Assembly: GCA_002811645.1 (NCBI GenBank)
Contig: PDIP01000017.1
Location: 186,001 to 250,000 of the forward strand
From: Corallochytrium limacisporum Hawaii
Taxonomy: Eukaryota; Protista; Pluriformea
DNA length: 64,000 nucleotides
Direction: 5' to 3'
Part shown: positions 1 to 9,111 of the stretch, one piece after another
How the letters are laid out: every line of letters begins with the position of its first letter
Position numbering within the stretch: position 1 is the first letter of the stretch
Position numbers and translations under genes: made by a program
The notes under the pieces: generated by a model
Told to the model about the DNA's origin: nothing
Databases searched by the model: none
Seen by the model: the letters and a program-made list of their open reading frames with translations, nothing else

Positions 1-2
1 GG

Positions 3-821
3 GATAGAAAGAACACTGACTCACTAGTAATTCACTATGCGGGCACTGGAGACCATAACTTCTGGCGGCGACGCATTATGTATGCGAAACCCATGGCAGA
101 GACACATAGTATAGCTAGTATCATCTTTGAGAATCCATTTTACGGACTGAGGAGACCCCGCGACCAATTTCGCAGCAGCTTGCGCTATATGTCCGATCTC
201 TTTAGTATGGGTGTCGGACTGGTGACTGAGACCCACAATATCTTGCACTGGGCGAGGGACCAAGGATGGCATCGCCAGTGCCTGACAGGCTTCAGCATGG
301 GCGGCATCATGGCGTGTCTTTCGGCCAGTGCATGGCCACACCCTGTGAGTCTAGTGGGTTGTGTGACCCCGGTTAGCGCCTCCCATGTATTCACAAAGGG
401 TGTCCTCAGTAACTTCTGCGCCTGGCCGGTATTGATCAGTGAATTGAAGGAGCATAGGCATGCAATCGGTGACATTGTTCCGAATCCAATCGCTGAAGAG
501 ATCAGACGGTGCCTTGACTCAGGGTCCACAGAGGACGAGAAGCAAGGGGCTGTATTGTTTATGAGGCATGTTATGGACGAGTTGACGGATTTGAATGGAT
601 ACCCTCGACCTGCGCAACCGAATGCCATTATCTTCTTGACGGCGTCCGAGGACAACTACGTTCCTGTTGAGGATACAAGGACAATCAAGACTGCGTGGCC
701 GGGGATAGACTTCCGTGAACACGCTGGTGGTCATGTCTCCAGTCACTTCGCAAACGAGATGTATCGCCAAGCTATCCTCGAGAGTCTGGACCGCTTACCA
801 TCCATGGAACTTGCAGCATGA
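3..821 (+). CDS. ABHD18: Alpha/beta hydrolase ABHD18 (C4orf29)-like, 5'-partial
   Basis: The frame is open from the window start (DRKNTDSLVIHYAGTGDHNFWRRRIMYAKPM...). It shows ABHD18-type motifs HxAGTGDH..WRRR and ENPFYG.RRP.DQ, nucleophile elbow GFSMGG, and candidate Asp (EDNYVP) and His (GGHVS). The true start lies upstream of the window. Confidence 0.85.
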   Translation, partial: DRKNTDSLVIHYAGTGDHNFWRRRIMYAKPMAETHSIASIIFENPFYGLRRPRDQFRSSLRYMSDLFSMGVGLVTETHNILHWARDQGWHRQCLTGFSMGGIMACLSASAWPHPVSLVGCVTPVSASHVFTKGVLSNFCAWPVLISELKEHRHAIGDIVPNPIAEEIRRCLDSGSTEDEKQGAVLFMRHVMDELTDLNGYPRPAQPNAIIFLTASEDNYVPVEDTRTIKTAWPGIDFREHAGGHVSSHFANEMYRQAILESLDRLPSMELAA

Positions 822-885
822 TATTTTGTCAAAGCTAAAAAACTATTACTAGAACCAATATGATACATATCTTTCTTCAATGCAT

Positions 886-2505
886 TCAAGATTGCGCATC
901 TGCTTTCTTCTGCTTGAGGGTCTCTATGGCCTCAAGCAACGGCTTCCGCTTCACGTCGTACCGACTCTTCAGGGAAGCAGCACGTTCCTCCATTTCCGGA
1001 TCGATTGCTTCCAGTTGCTTCTTCAATTCCTCTAGCCGAGCAACAATGGCAGGATCCAAACCATCGGACTTGTCCGAGTCGTTCGATTTCAAACTGTCCT
1101 GAGGTTCATTAGCGGCATTGGGATCGAAGATGTTCATAAACGCCGGTCGATATTCACCCTTCTTCTTGCTTGGCTTAAAAGTGTCTGATTCTACCATTGT
1201 GCCGCTATTGCTGATCATGGTACCACTGGTCACCATAGTCCCAGTGTCGTTCTGCACCATTGTTCCCGAGTTACTTATCATTGTCCCAGACTTGTTCACC
1301 ATTGTTCCTGTGTCGTTTGTGATCATTGTTCCTGTGTCATGGGCTATCATCGTACCAGTATCATGCGTGATCATGGTCCCCGTGTTATGGGCTATCATCG
1401 TACCAGTGTCATGAGTGACCATGGTCCCCGTATTCGAGACCATTGTGCCAGTGTGCAAGTTCGGTGTCGACCCAGAACTTCGTCCACGAGGGGGAAGTGG
1501 TGGTGGCTTGGCCGTACCGCTGACACCCGGCTTCATGGTGCCAGTGTCCGCTGAACTGGCTGCTCCCGGTTTCATTGTGGCAAAATCTTGTTCATTCTCG
1601 TCCTCCTCGTCAATGCCAATGTCAAGATCGAACTTCATGGTCGCAGCTTCCTCAATTGCTCGCCTCATCGCAAACTTATTAGAGATCTTCTTGACAAAAA
1701 CGTGATTCAACAATTTGCCACATTTCTGTCTTTCACTCGGTTTTTTCTTCAAGCAACACTTCAAAAAGTCCACGAGGTCGGGCGAGACTTCATCTGGATT
1801 CTGGAGTCCAGGCGCCGGCCTCCCGGGGATCATGAACAGGGCTCGCATGGGATGGATATTTGCCAACGGTGGCATACCCTCGATCATTTCTATACACGTG
1901 ATTCCCAGAGACCAGATGTCTGCCATTGTATCGTATCCCACTTCCTGGACTACTTCTGGTGCCATCCAATATGGTGTACCAATCAGCGTGTTCCGTTTGG
2001 TAACTTCCTCAGTGATCTGTGCAGTGACCCCAAAGTCTGCAAGTTTTGCGACGCCATTGTCCGTTAAGAGGATATTGCCAGCCTTAATGTCTCTATGGAT
2101 CTTGCCAATGCTGTGGAGGAACTCCAGTCCCTTCAGGGAGTCACGCACTACCAATTTCAATTCAGCCTCTGACAATGTTCTTTTCCGCAAATTCATCAGA
2201 TCCGTTACACTGCCTCCCCCCATGTATTCCATAGCAATCCACAAATGCTCACCTTGAAAGAAAGACCCGAAGTATTTGATGACACAATCATGCCGACAGT
2301 CTTGCATGATTGCAACCTCTTTGACCAGGCTCTTAATGTCTGAAGAAGCCACCGGCACCTTTTTAATGGCTACAACATCACCTGTCCGCTTGTATATTCC
2401 TTTGTGAACTTCACCATAGCTGCCTTCACCCAGTTTTTCCAGAATATCGAAGGCTGTGCTGTCTGAACGAGCAACGTCCTCCGGTGCCAATTTGTCAAGC
2501 ACCAT
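886..2505 (-). CDS. STK3/4: Hippo/MST1/2 (STE20 family) Ser/Thr kinase with C-terminal SARAH domain
   Basis: Kinase motifs GEGSYG, VAIK, HRDIKAGN, DFG and KRNTLIGTPYWMAPE. The linker is rich in TM motifs and contains RPAFMNIF. The C-terminal ELKKQLEAIDPEMEERAASLKSRYDVKRKPLLEAIE matches the MST SARAH helix. First ATG is at 2505; the ORF-track start at 2550 is GTG. Confidence 0.93.
   Translation of the reverse strand: MVLDKLAPEDVARSDSTAFDILEKLGEGSYGEVHKGIYKRTGDVVAIKKVPVASSDIKSLVKEVAIMQDCRHDCVIKYFGSFFQGEHLWIAMEYMGGGSVTDLMNLRKRTLSEAELKLVVRDSLKGLEFLHSIGKIHRDIKAGNILLTDNGVAKLADFGVTAQITEEVTKRNTLIGTPYWMAPEVVQEVGYDTMADIWSLGITCIEMIEGMPPLANIHPMRALFMIPGRPAPGLQNPDEVSPDLVDFLKCCLKKKPSERQKCGKLLNHVFVKKISNKFAMRRAIEEAATMKFDLDIGIDEEDENEQDFATMKPGAASSADTGTMKPGVSGTAKPPPLPPRGRSSGSTPNLHTGTMVSNTGTMVTHDTGTMIAHNTGTMITHDTGTMIAHDTGTMITNDTGTMVNKSGTMISNSGTMVQNDTGTMVTSGTMISNSGTMVESDTFKPSKKKGEYRPAFMNIFDPNAANEPQDSLKSNDSDKSDGLDPAIVARLEELKKQLEAIDPEMEERAASLKSRYDVKRKPLLEAIETLKQKKADAQS
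1193..1455 (-). repeat. Coding tandem repeat: 12 x (T/S)GTM(I/V), 6-8 aa units, in the Hippo linker
   Basis: HTGTMVSNTGTMVTHDTGTMIAHNTGTMITHDTGTMIAHDTGTMITNDTGTMVNKSGTMISNSGTMVQNDTGTMVTSGTMISNSGTMV; near-identical nucleotide units such as atgggctatcatcgtaccagt occur twice. Confidence 0.95.
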
Positions 2506-3066
2506 ATTTGTGGATTTAAACGTCTGCTTGATAACCCACAAGTAATTCACATCCTTTTGTTACCTGGAACAGCCTATGGATTCGAACCGACACGATAGAG
2601 ACCTGCGCACAACAGCGATTAGGAACCAATTGCCTTAACGTACCTTTATAAAATGCAGTCCTTCTCGGGTCTCATGATATCTGACCAAGTCGTTCTACAT
2701 CCAACTCGCCTCAATCTCCCGACCCGCATTCTCCCCGCGGTTCCAGTAGAGTGAAAGCATTGGACCGCTGGTATTGGCTGTTCATTCCATTCGTGTTCGC
2801 TAAACGTTTTGCCACTCGTTTCAATTACGGAGGGTCGCAACGCCATGGAAAATCCTACAGCGACGTAGGGTTCCCTATCGAAGATCGCGCCAGACCGTTT
2901 GGCTCCACCGCCAAAAAGAAAGAGGAAAAATGGGCGCCCTCGACGGGGCCTATAAAGGGCGCAGCCAGTGGGAGAAGAGGGAAAACCTACACCGTTATTT
3001 GTACTGTTTATCAATATTATTGATTAACACGTCAAGAACCTCTGAAGATGACTTTGAATCTGGGCC

Positions 3067-3528
3067 TTACACTGCCAACGAATATGATGCAATCCACGTG
3101 AACATGAACAGTCCGAAGCAGATCTGTCCACCCTCCGATAGCACTTGCAAGCGAATGGAATTCAGCCTCTCTTCAGTGAGAGAGCTGACTACTGTGTAAT
3201 GCACACGCACAACGGTCATGGTCAAAAACAGAGCTCTGTTTGTTTCAAGATGGGGCTGAAGAGAAAGACGTTATGGTTAGTATACTGGCGTCACAAACTT
3301 GCCTTGGTACCACAAACAGTGGAGTACTTACAATGAAAATGCATTGAGCCCTGTGAACCGAATTTGTCCCCAGATAATGCCGAGAATGGGCACAAACATA
3401 ATTTTGAGCCAGTAGTAGACCTCAATAATCTCCTGGTCTGTTGCACCGTTAAGATCCATGAGCAGTGCTCCGGGCATGCTATAGTCCTTAGGACTAGCGG
3501 TGGCCGGTGCTGATTTCTTCGGCGGCAT
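3067..3528 (-). CDS. RAB5IF: RAB5IF/C20orf24 (OPTI, GEL-complex subunit; EMC6-like) small membrane protein, 2 exons (3528-3332, 3235-3067), 121 aa
   Basis: Exon 1 EIIEVYYWLKIMFVPILGIIWG resembles RAB5IF 'EFLDVIYWFRQIIAVVLGVIWG'. Exon 2 ...VLSEGGQICFGLFMFTWIASYS resembles 'TKEGFMTSFALFMVIWIIFYT'. The exons join in frame through a GTAAGT...TACTAAC...CAG intron. Confidence 0.8.
3236..3331 (-). other. Spliceosomal intron (96 nt) of RAB5IF-like gene
   Basis: Donor GTAAGT at 3331, branch TACTAAC at 3282-3276, acceptor AAACAG ending at 3236; restores the reading frame. Confidence 0.82.
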
Positions 3529-4006
3529 GGTAAAACTCGTTTTACTTACTCAACGATTCCCTGGCTATGACATCTATGTCACCAGGTGTTATTGTTTACA
3601 TGTCTTTATTTGAAGTACCTCCTCCCTCAGACTGTAGGAGATCGTTTTCACCCCACCCCCAGACGAGGAGGGGGCCGTCCAGTGGCGGTCCCCAGTCAGT
3701 CACCGGTTCCTGAGTGGCGGATTGCGCCTGTATTCGCGATACAAAGAGTAGGGGGACTAAACGGATCACTTGTCTAAGGGAAGTTTTCATGAGTACTCCG
3801 ATAATTTCTTTACAGAATGGTGAACCGAGCTGACATCGTGTTGGATGGCATAGAGGAGATAGCGGAGGAGATCCTTGCCTGCATTTTGGAGATCGATCGT
3901 GTTCAAGTGGACACCTCTGCGATCCGAGCGATCTGAGGCACGATACGAGCTCTCCAGAGTATAGCTACGGAGCAGGTGGTATCGGCAATGTATTCGCTTG
4001 TTGTTG

Positions 4007-4975
4007 TTAGTCGATATCATCGACCATGGGATCGGAAGCAGCTCCACTGCTAGAAGCACCCGCACTCGGGGGAGCCTGGGGACCTAACATACCGCCCATG
4101 AACTGTTGCATTAGGGCCTGCATCGGGTTCTGCTGAGGACGCTCACCGAAATAGATTTGACCAATACTCTCGACGGACACCATAAACTCAGGATCTCTGG
4201 AGATAGCACCCTGATACTTTTGCTTCAGTACTCGCCACAGAGGTGCAGCATCACGCTCGCAGGTTAAGAGCATGAACTTCAGAAAGTTCATGAGCGGAGT
4301 CACAAAGTTCGGTTCCGTACGTCGCGGGTGTGTCATGAGGAAACCCTCGTAAACATTATTTGCATGCTTCATGTCCATCATCAGCAAGTAGTCGAAGACT
4401 GCCTTTGCCAGGATCATATCATACTCGTCAGGGTTAGCTGCCTGGCTCCACGCGATCAGCACCTGCACTAATTGAGCTGCACCTTCGTCTCCGCCCATGA
4501 TTAGGTGCTCCATCGCAGTTGAGAAATTACCAGAGTCGCCTTCAATCTTGCCTGCCCAGTACTGTAGGTCTTCGTCCCCTCTTGTGTTTCGACCACACTT
4601 GATGGACCATTGTATACTCTGGTGGAACAAACGTCTACGTTCGACAGTGTCTTTCTTGGAGGCTTTGAACAAGGACAAAAGGCGATTCTTCATTTCATCA
4701 TCCACAGGCAGTCCTAAGTTCTGATATCCTTCGGTTACCAACAAAGCTAAGTCTCCGCCGCTGGTCCACTGCTCGACTTCCAAGAGTGCAAGCGCGCCAC
4801 GGTATCCGAGCTCGATCGCTTCCTTGAAGGATCCTGCAGCCTTGTAACGGTGATACACAGTACGGTATACTTGGTGGGCCTCATAGAATTCCTCATTATC
4901 CAATTTTGTCTGAGCCTTCTTCAATGTCTTCTCCAGCGTATTCGCCGTCGACTGCGGTCCACGTCGGCGACTCAT
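4007..4975 (-). CDS. GET4: Golgi-to-ER traffic protein 4 (GET4/TRC35)
   Basis: N-terminal FYEAHQVYRTVYHRY, SGGDLALL, PLMNFLKFMLLTCER and LKQKY....RDP...IGQIYFG are GET4 hallmarks. Confidence 0.93.
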   Translation of the reverse strand: MSRRRGPQSTANTLEKTLKKAQTKLDNEEFYEAHQVYRTVYHRYKAAGSFKEAIELGYRGALALLEVEQWTSGGDLALLVTEGYQNLGLPVDDEMKNRLLSLFKASKKDTVERRRLFHQSIQWSIKCGRNTRGDEDLQYWAGKIEGDSGNFSTAMEHLIMGGDEGAAQLVQVLIAWSQAANPDEYDMILAKAVFDYLLMMDMKHANNVYEGFLMTHPRRTEPNFVTPLMNFLKFMLLTCERDAAPLWRVLKQKYQGAISRDPEFMVSVESIGQIYFGERPQQNPMQALMQQFMGGMLGPQAPPSAGASSSGAASDPMVDDID

Positions 4976-5520
4976 GATCTGAAAATTACTTGTATAATCA
5001 GTGTCTTATCCCTTTCCCATGACTAGAGTTGTCACATTTGCCTTGGTCATGTGCGGTAGCAGTCAGGTAGTCAGGTGTGCTTTTATAGTATGAAATGAGT
5101 GGCGTACACAAAATAGCTTTGCTCCTCCACCAATACTCACACCTCCCATGTTGGATCATCAACGAATGCACCAACACAAACGGACCCGTCCCTCTGCTTC
5201 CATAACCGCTTTACCTCACCCCTTCCCCAGCGATACACCGCGCAGTAGCCGCTGCTGGCGAGCAGCCACATTGAAACATAAACGCGAACAGACGGCGCCA
5301 AGTCGGCCGCTCAGGAGTCCTGAGGAGGAAAGAGAGAGAGAGGGGGTGGTGTGGAAGTGACGTGAGTTCGTGGAGGTGTTCCGATCAATGAGGGCGAGTG
5401 AGGGTCTGATCCAGCACGGCGACCCAGGAGAAGACTGAGCAGAATGCCACCCGTAGGTGATTAAACAGCAAGGAGATTCACATTGTCTTGACGGATATAA
5501 TATTCATGGACTCTTACTTA

Positions 5521-7800
5521 CTACAGATGGGTGCGCATATCACTCAGGGATGGGAAGTCCTGCTTTCCTTGACCGCGGTGATACTTCTCTCCGTGACGGA
5601 CCATGTCTCGCATGCGGACTTGCACTCCACACGTTTTGCAGGGCTTGAACTCATTCTCTCCAGACCACGCTGACTGTTGCTTAACTGCGCCCCTATTTGC
5701 GTGCTTGCCGCGTTGCTTGCCCATTTTCACATTGGCGCCGGCCCAACGCGTGGCAGCGGCCAGCACCTCCGCGTCCTCACGTTGCTTCTGTGCAATCTTT
5801 GCCTTCTCACGGGCTCTGAGAAGTTCTTCCTGCTTATCCGGATCTGGCATCATCTCCACTAGTTCAGAGTATAGACCATGGGATGATCTAGGCACGAGTC
5901 CAACAAACCGATCATAGAACTCGTCTGCATCGATTTCTCCACTCCTGAAAAGAGCCCCGTCTTCTTTGAATGCTTGGAACCGATATCCGTCACCGCCCAG
6001 GGCTGCCTTGATGCCTGCAATCATGTTTGCATTGCGCTCCTTTAGCTCCGGTGGAAGCTCGTACTTGGGTAGATTTTGCGCTACATTGGGAGCCACATCA
6101 CGGGGTATCTCAGACTGAGATGCAGATCCGCCAGGGAGTGACGATCTGGATGGGCTTGTACTTGGACCACCGCCGAGGGTGGGGAACGCCTCCTCCGGTT
6201 GTCTGCTTGGGGGAGCTTGAGGTGCCGGCCGTCTCTGCGGAACCGGTCGCGTTTTCCTAACCACTGGGTTGCTACCGAACATCAATCGATGGTCCACACG
6301 CCTGTTAGCGGCAGTGACCTGGCGATGCTGTGCGTGCCCCCAATTACCTAGGCGTATGTTTGCGTTGGGCCTGGGAGAGTTGCTGCGCCCGGAGCCCAGC
6401 TCCGGAAATTCGGCGCCTCGGCTACCCATCGATCCACCGGCAGCAGATGCCCATCGGGTGCTGGATGACTTGCCGGATCCAGACCGACTGTTCGCTGCGA
6501 GCCCTGGGAATGCCGCCTCACTGAGCCCGCCCTGACTGTTGTTGGTTTGTGCCAATGCTAGATTGGATGTAGCTTGGGGGCCACTATTCAGCTCCTCCTC
6601 GAAATCCTCAGCCACTCCCTGGGGTCCGCTTTCCAGATTATCGATACTCCGACTTCTCTGTGCCTGGCCTCCAGCGCGCACACCACGACTGCGATCACCA
6701 CCTCCTTGCCGGCGATTGGATCGTTCGTTGCGAGGCGAGGCGCTGCCACTGCTTCCGCCTCCGTAATTGAATTGGACGTCCAGCTTCACAGCCTGTTTCT
6801 TGGCAGCCCGATCCATGGCTCTGCCATGCTCCTGAGCTTGATGCGCTTTGAAATCAATCTCAGAGTCAAAGACCACAAACTTCTTCTCTAGGCAGTCCCG
6901 CTCCTTACAGAGGAAATGGTCGGAATCAAAGTGATTCTCAAGATCTGCGTAATTTTTGTAGTATTGATTCATAACCCCATTCCTACGACACAGGTGACAT
7001 GATTCATGCTGCTTCCGCAGGTGATCGAACAGATCGTCATTGTCAAAGTAGTACCTGCTGCAAAATTTACAGAACGAGTGCCCCTTCATACTGGCGTCAT
7101 CTGGGTCACCTTTCTTGCGATGTCTGGTCAAGTCCTGTTTGCTGTAGTATCTATACTCGCAAGGAAATATCTTGATGTGTCCAACACAAAGGTCACAGAG
7201 AAAAAGCTCGTGCTCCCGATTCAAGTGCTTCTTCAGATCCTGAAGGGTACTACAAATGACCGCATTATTGGACTCTTGGCACTTGGTACATACGAAGTCA
7301 AAATTTGCTTCGCATTCATTACGCAATGATTTGTTCTGATACCATATTCCTAACCGTGAATCATGGAAATATGAATTCTTCAGCTTGCTATTTCCGAAGT
7401 CCGTATCAAAGTCCTTTATCACATCCCACTGCGAAGTATACGCTACCTCCGGACAATCTGTCCTGCATTGTGGGCAGGATTTGTTTTCTAGAAGCCCACG
7501 TAAGCGTAGCGAGCAATTGTGGCAAACCACTCTATGGTTACAAACACCGATGCAAAAGTACTGCATTTCTTCACCACAAACGACGCAGGGACTCCCGACC
7601 CCAACTTCAGCATCGTCGTGAACTGTTTCTGGCTTTGGATCTGGCTTCCATGTGGGAACTGTCTGGAGAGCCGGGTCCTGTTCTGTTGAGATTTCTGGGG
7701 TGTGGGTCTGTGGTACATCAGAGTCCGGGCCAGTATTCGCTCGTCTACTGCTACCCGCTGATACACCTTTGCCGCGCCCCTGACGGCGCCGCGGTGGCAT
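5521..7800 (-). CDS. ZNF598: E3 ubiquitin ligase ZNF598/Hel2 (collided-ribosome sensor)
   Basis: N-terminal RING (CVVC...CNHRVVCHNCSLRLR...CPQCR), tandem C2H2 fingers (GHSFCKFC..YFDNDDLFDHLRKQHESCHLC; HFLCKERDCLEKKFVVF), low-complexity region with FPxL motifs, C-terminal helical domain and zinc finger. Confidence 0.93.
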   Translation of the reverse strand: MPPRRRQGRGKGVSAGSSRRANTGPDSDVPQTHTPEISTEQDPALQTVPTWKPDPKPETVHDDAEVGVGSPCVVCGEEMQYFCIGVCNHRVVCHNCSLRLRGLLENKSCPQCRTDCPEVAYTSQWDVIKDFDTDFGNSKLKNSYFHDSRLGIWYQNKSLRNECEANFDFVCTKCQESNNAVICSTLQDLKKHLNREHELFLCDLCVGHIKIFPCEYRYYSKQDLTRHRKKGDPDDASMKGHSFCKFCSRYYFDNDDLFDHLRKQHESCHLCRRNGVMNQYYKNYADLENHFDSDHFLCKERDCLEKKFVVFDSEIDFKAHQAQEHGRAMDRAAKKQAVKLDVQFNYGGGSSGSASPRNERSNRRQGGGDRSRGVRAGGQAQRSRSIDNLESGPQGVAEDFEEELNSGPQATSNLALAQTNNSQGGLSEAAFPGLAANSRSGSGKSSSTRWASAAGGSMGSRGAEFPELGSGRSNSPRPNANIRLGNWGHAQHRQVTAANRRVDHRLMFGSNPVVRKTRPVPQRRPAPQAPPSRQPEEAFPTLGGGPSTSPSRSSLPGGSASQSEIPRDVAPNVAQNLPKYELPPELKERNANMIAGIKAALGGDGYRFQAFKEDGALFRSGEIDADEFYDRFVGLVPRSSHGLYSELVEMMPDPDKQEELLRAREKAKIAQKQREDAEVLAAATRWAGANVKMGKQRGKHANRGAVKQQSAWSGENEFKPCKTCGVQVRMRDMVRHGEKYHRGQGKQDFPSLSDMRTHL

Positions 7801-8629
7801 GTTTCTCTATCTTCCCGAACACGACACTTCCCGAACACCTACATTCTTGGGAACTACAGCGTCTTGATTTAAGTAGATCCTTCAGACGTTAACAGTGCAC
7901 GGTCAGATGATTCAGTCTTTGAAATAGTGGTGCATAAGCGGACCACAGAAGTACTGCCAAGCCTGTCCCCGTGGGGTACACAGTAGGGGAGTCTTAGCCC
8001 TGCATCGGCTCATAGTCCCCCCGGGGTCAGTATTACAAGAAGAAGAAATCGAATATTGATCAATTGACCATTCCCCACCCGCCGGGGGGGGGGGACAGTT
8101 GGCGGGGAGCTAAAAAACACACACAAATTGCAGGCAACTTTTTAACACACAATTTTCGTGTATAGTTTTTGGCCATTTATGTTGGAATTGGAGAGAAAAT
8201 TTGTATTTCGTTTGTTGGCGGGTTCCCATACCTAAAGTATTGGCAACTGCAGTGAACTGGCGGCCCTGTATGTAAAGTATGGCCATATAACTCACTTGGG
8301 AATAGGTAGGCTACAGACCGCGAAGCCTATGGCGACTCACCTCTCCTTGGCAAAACCTTTACAGTGGTACATTGGGTATATCTCGCAGAGGCAACACTAT
8401 CTGGCACTGCCCAGGGCTCATTGCTGGACTTCTAGTCATGTTCGCCATCTTCAGGGCTTCCCAATGCATTGTCATCTTCACTATATAGCCTTATGTGATG
8501 AGCCTCATTATTAAGTGATACTGTGACTCCCAAATGGTACTTGATCGAAGGTATTTGTGAGGATCTACTGAAAAGAAATAGACCGGTATTCTATCAGGTC
8601 TGCCAAAGTTTTGTAGATATAGATTCAAA

Positions 8630-8908
8630 ATGGCTAAACGCACTCGGAAGGTCGGAATTGTCGGTAAGTACGGCACCCGCTATGGTTCTTCTCTTCGTAA
8701 GATCGTGAAGAAGATGGAGGTGACCCAGCACGCCAAGTACACTTGCTCCTTCTGCGGTAAGGACGCCCTGAAGCGCACTGTTGTCGGCGTTTGGCACTGC
8801 AAGGGATGCAGGAAGACCATTGCCGGAGGCGCATGGACCCCTGGTACCACTGCCGCTGCTACTGTCCGCTCCACTATGCGTCGTCTGCGTGAACTGGCTG
8901 AGCAGTAA
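8630..8908 (+). CDS. RPL37A: 60S ribosomal protein eL43 (L37a)
   Basis: [24 protein letters not shown]...YTCSFCGK...GVWHCKGC...AGGAW; intronless. Confidence 0.99.
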   Translation: MAKRTRKVGIVGKYGTRYGSSLRKIVKKMEVTQHAKYTCSFCGKDALKRTVVGVWHCKGCRKTIAGGAWTPGTTAAATVRSTMRRLRELAEQ

Positions 8909-9111
8909 ATTATTCATTACGGTTATGACATAGCGGGACCTTGGGGATCAAAATATGATGTCGGGTCTCTTATTTCCATTAGCAATTTTACCGTCATCAC
9001 ATGACAACGTATCGTTCAGAGACATAGCACAAAAGCATACATTACAGTAAAGCACCATATTTTTGCACTTTTTACAAAGGGGTTTCGTTCTATTGGGGGA
9101 GAATAAACAGG

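Noticed and set aside
2578-2588. Perfect B-box GGTTCGAATCC on the minus strand, suggesting a tRNA
   Set aside because: The flanks do not form a T-stem (gtcgg/ccata) or an acceptor stem; no cloverleaf could be built.
2949-2960. TATA-like CCTATAAAGG
   Set aside because: Points toward the 3' end of a minus-strand gene with no plus-strand gene downstream.
3817-3936. 39-aa acidic amphipathic smORF MVNRADIVLDGIEEIAEEILACILEIDRVQVDTSAIRAI
   Set aside because: Short, antisense to the GET4 3' region and without recognisable homology; cannot be supported without expression data.
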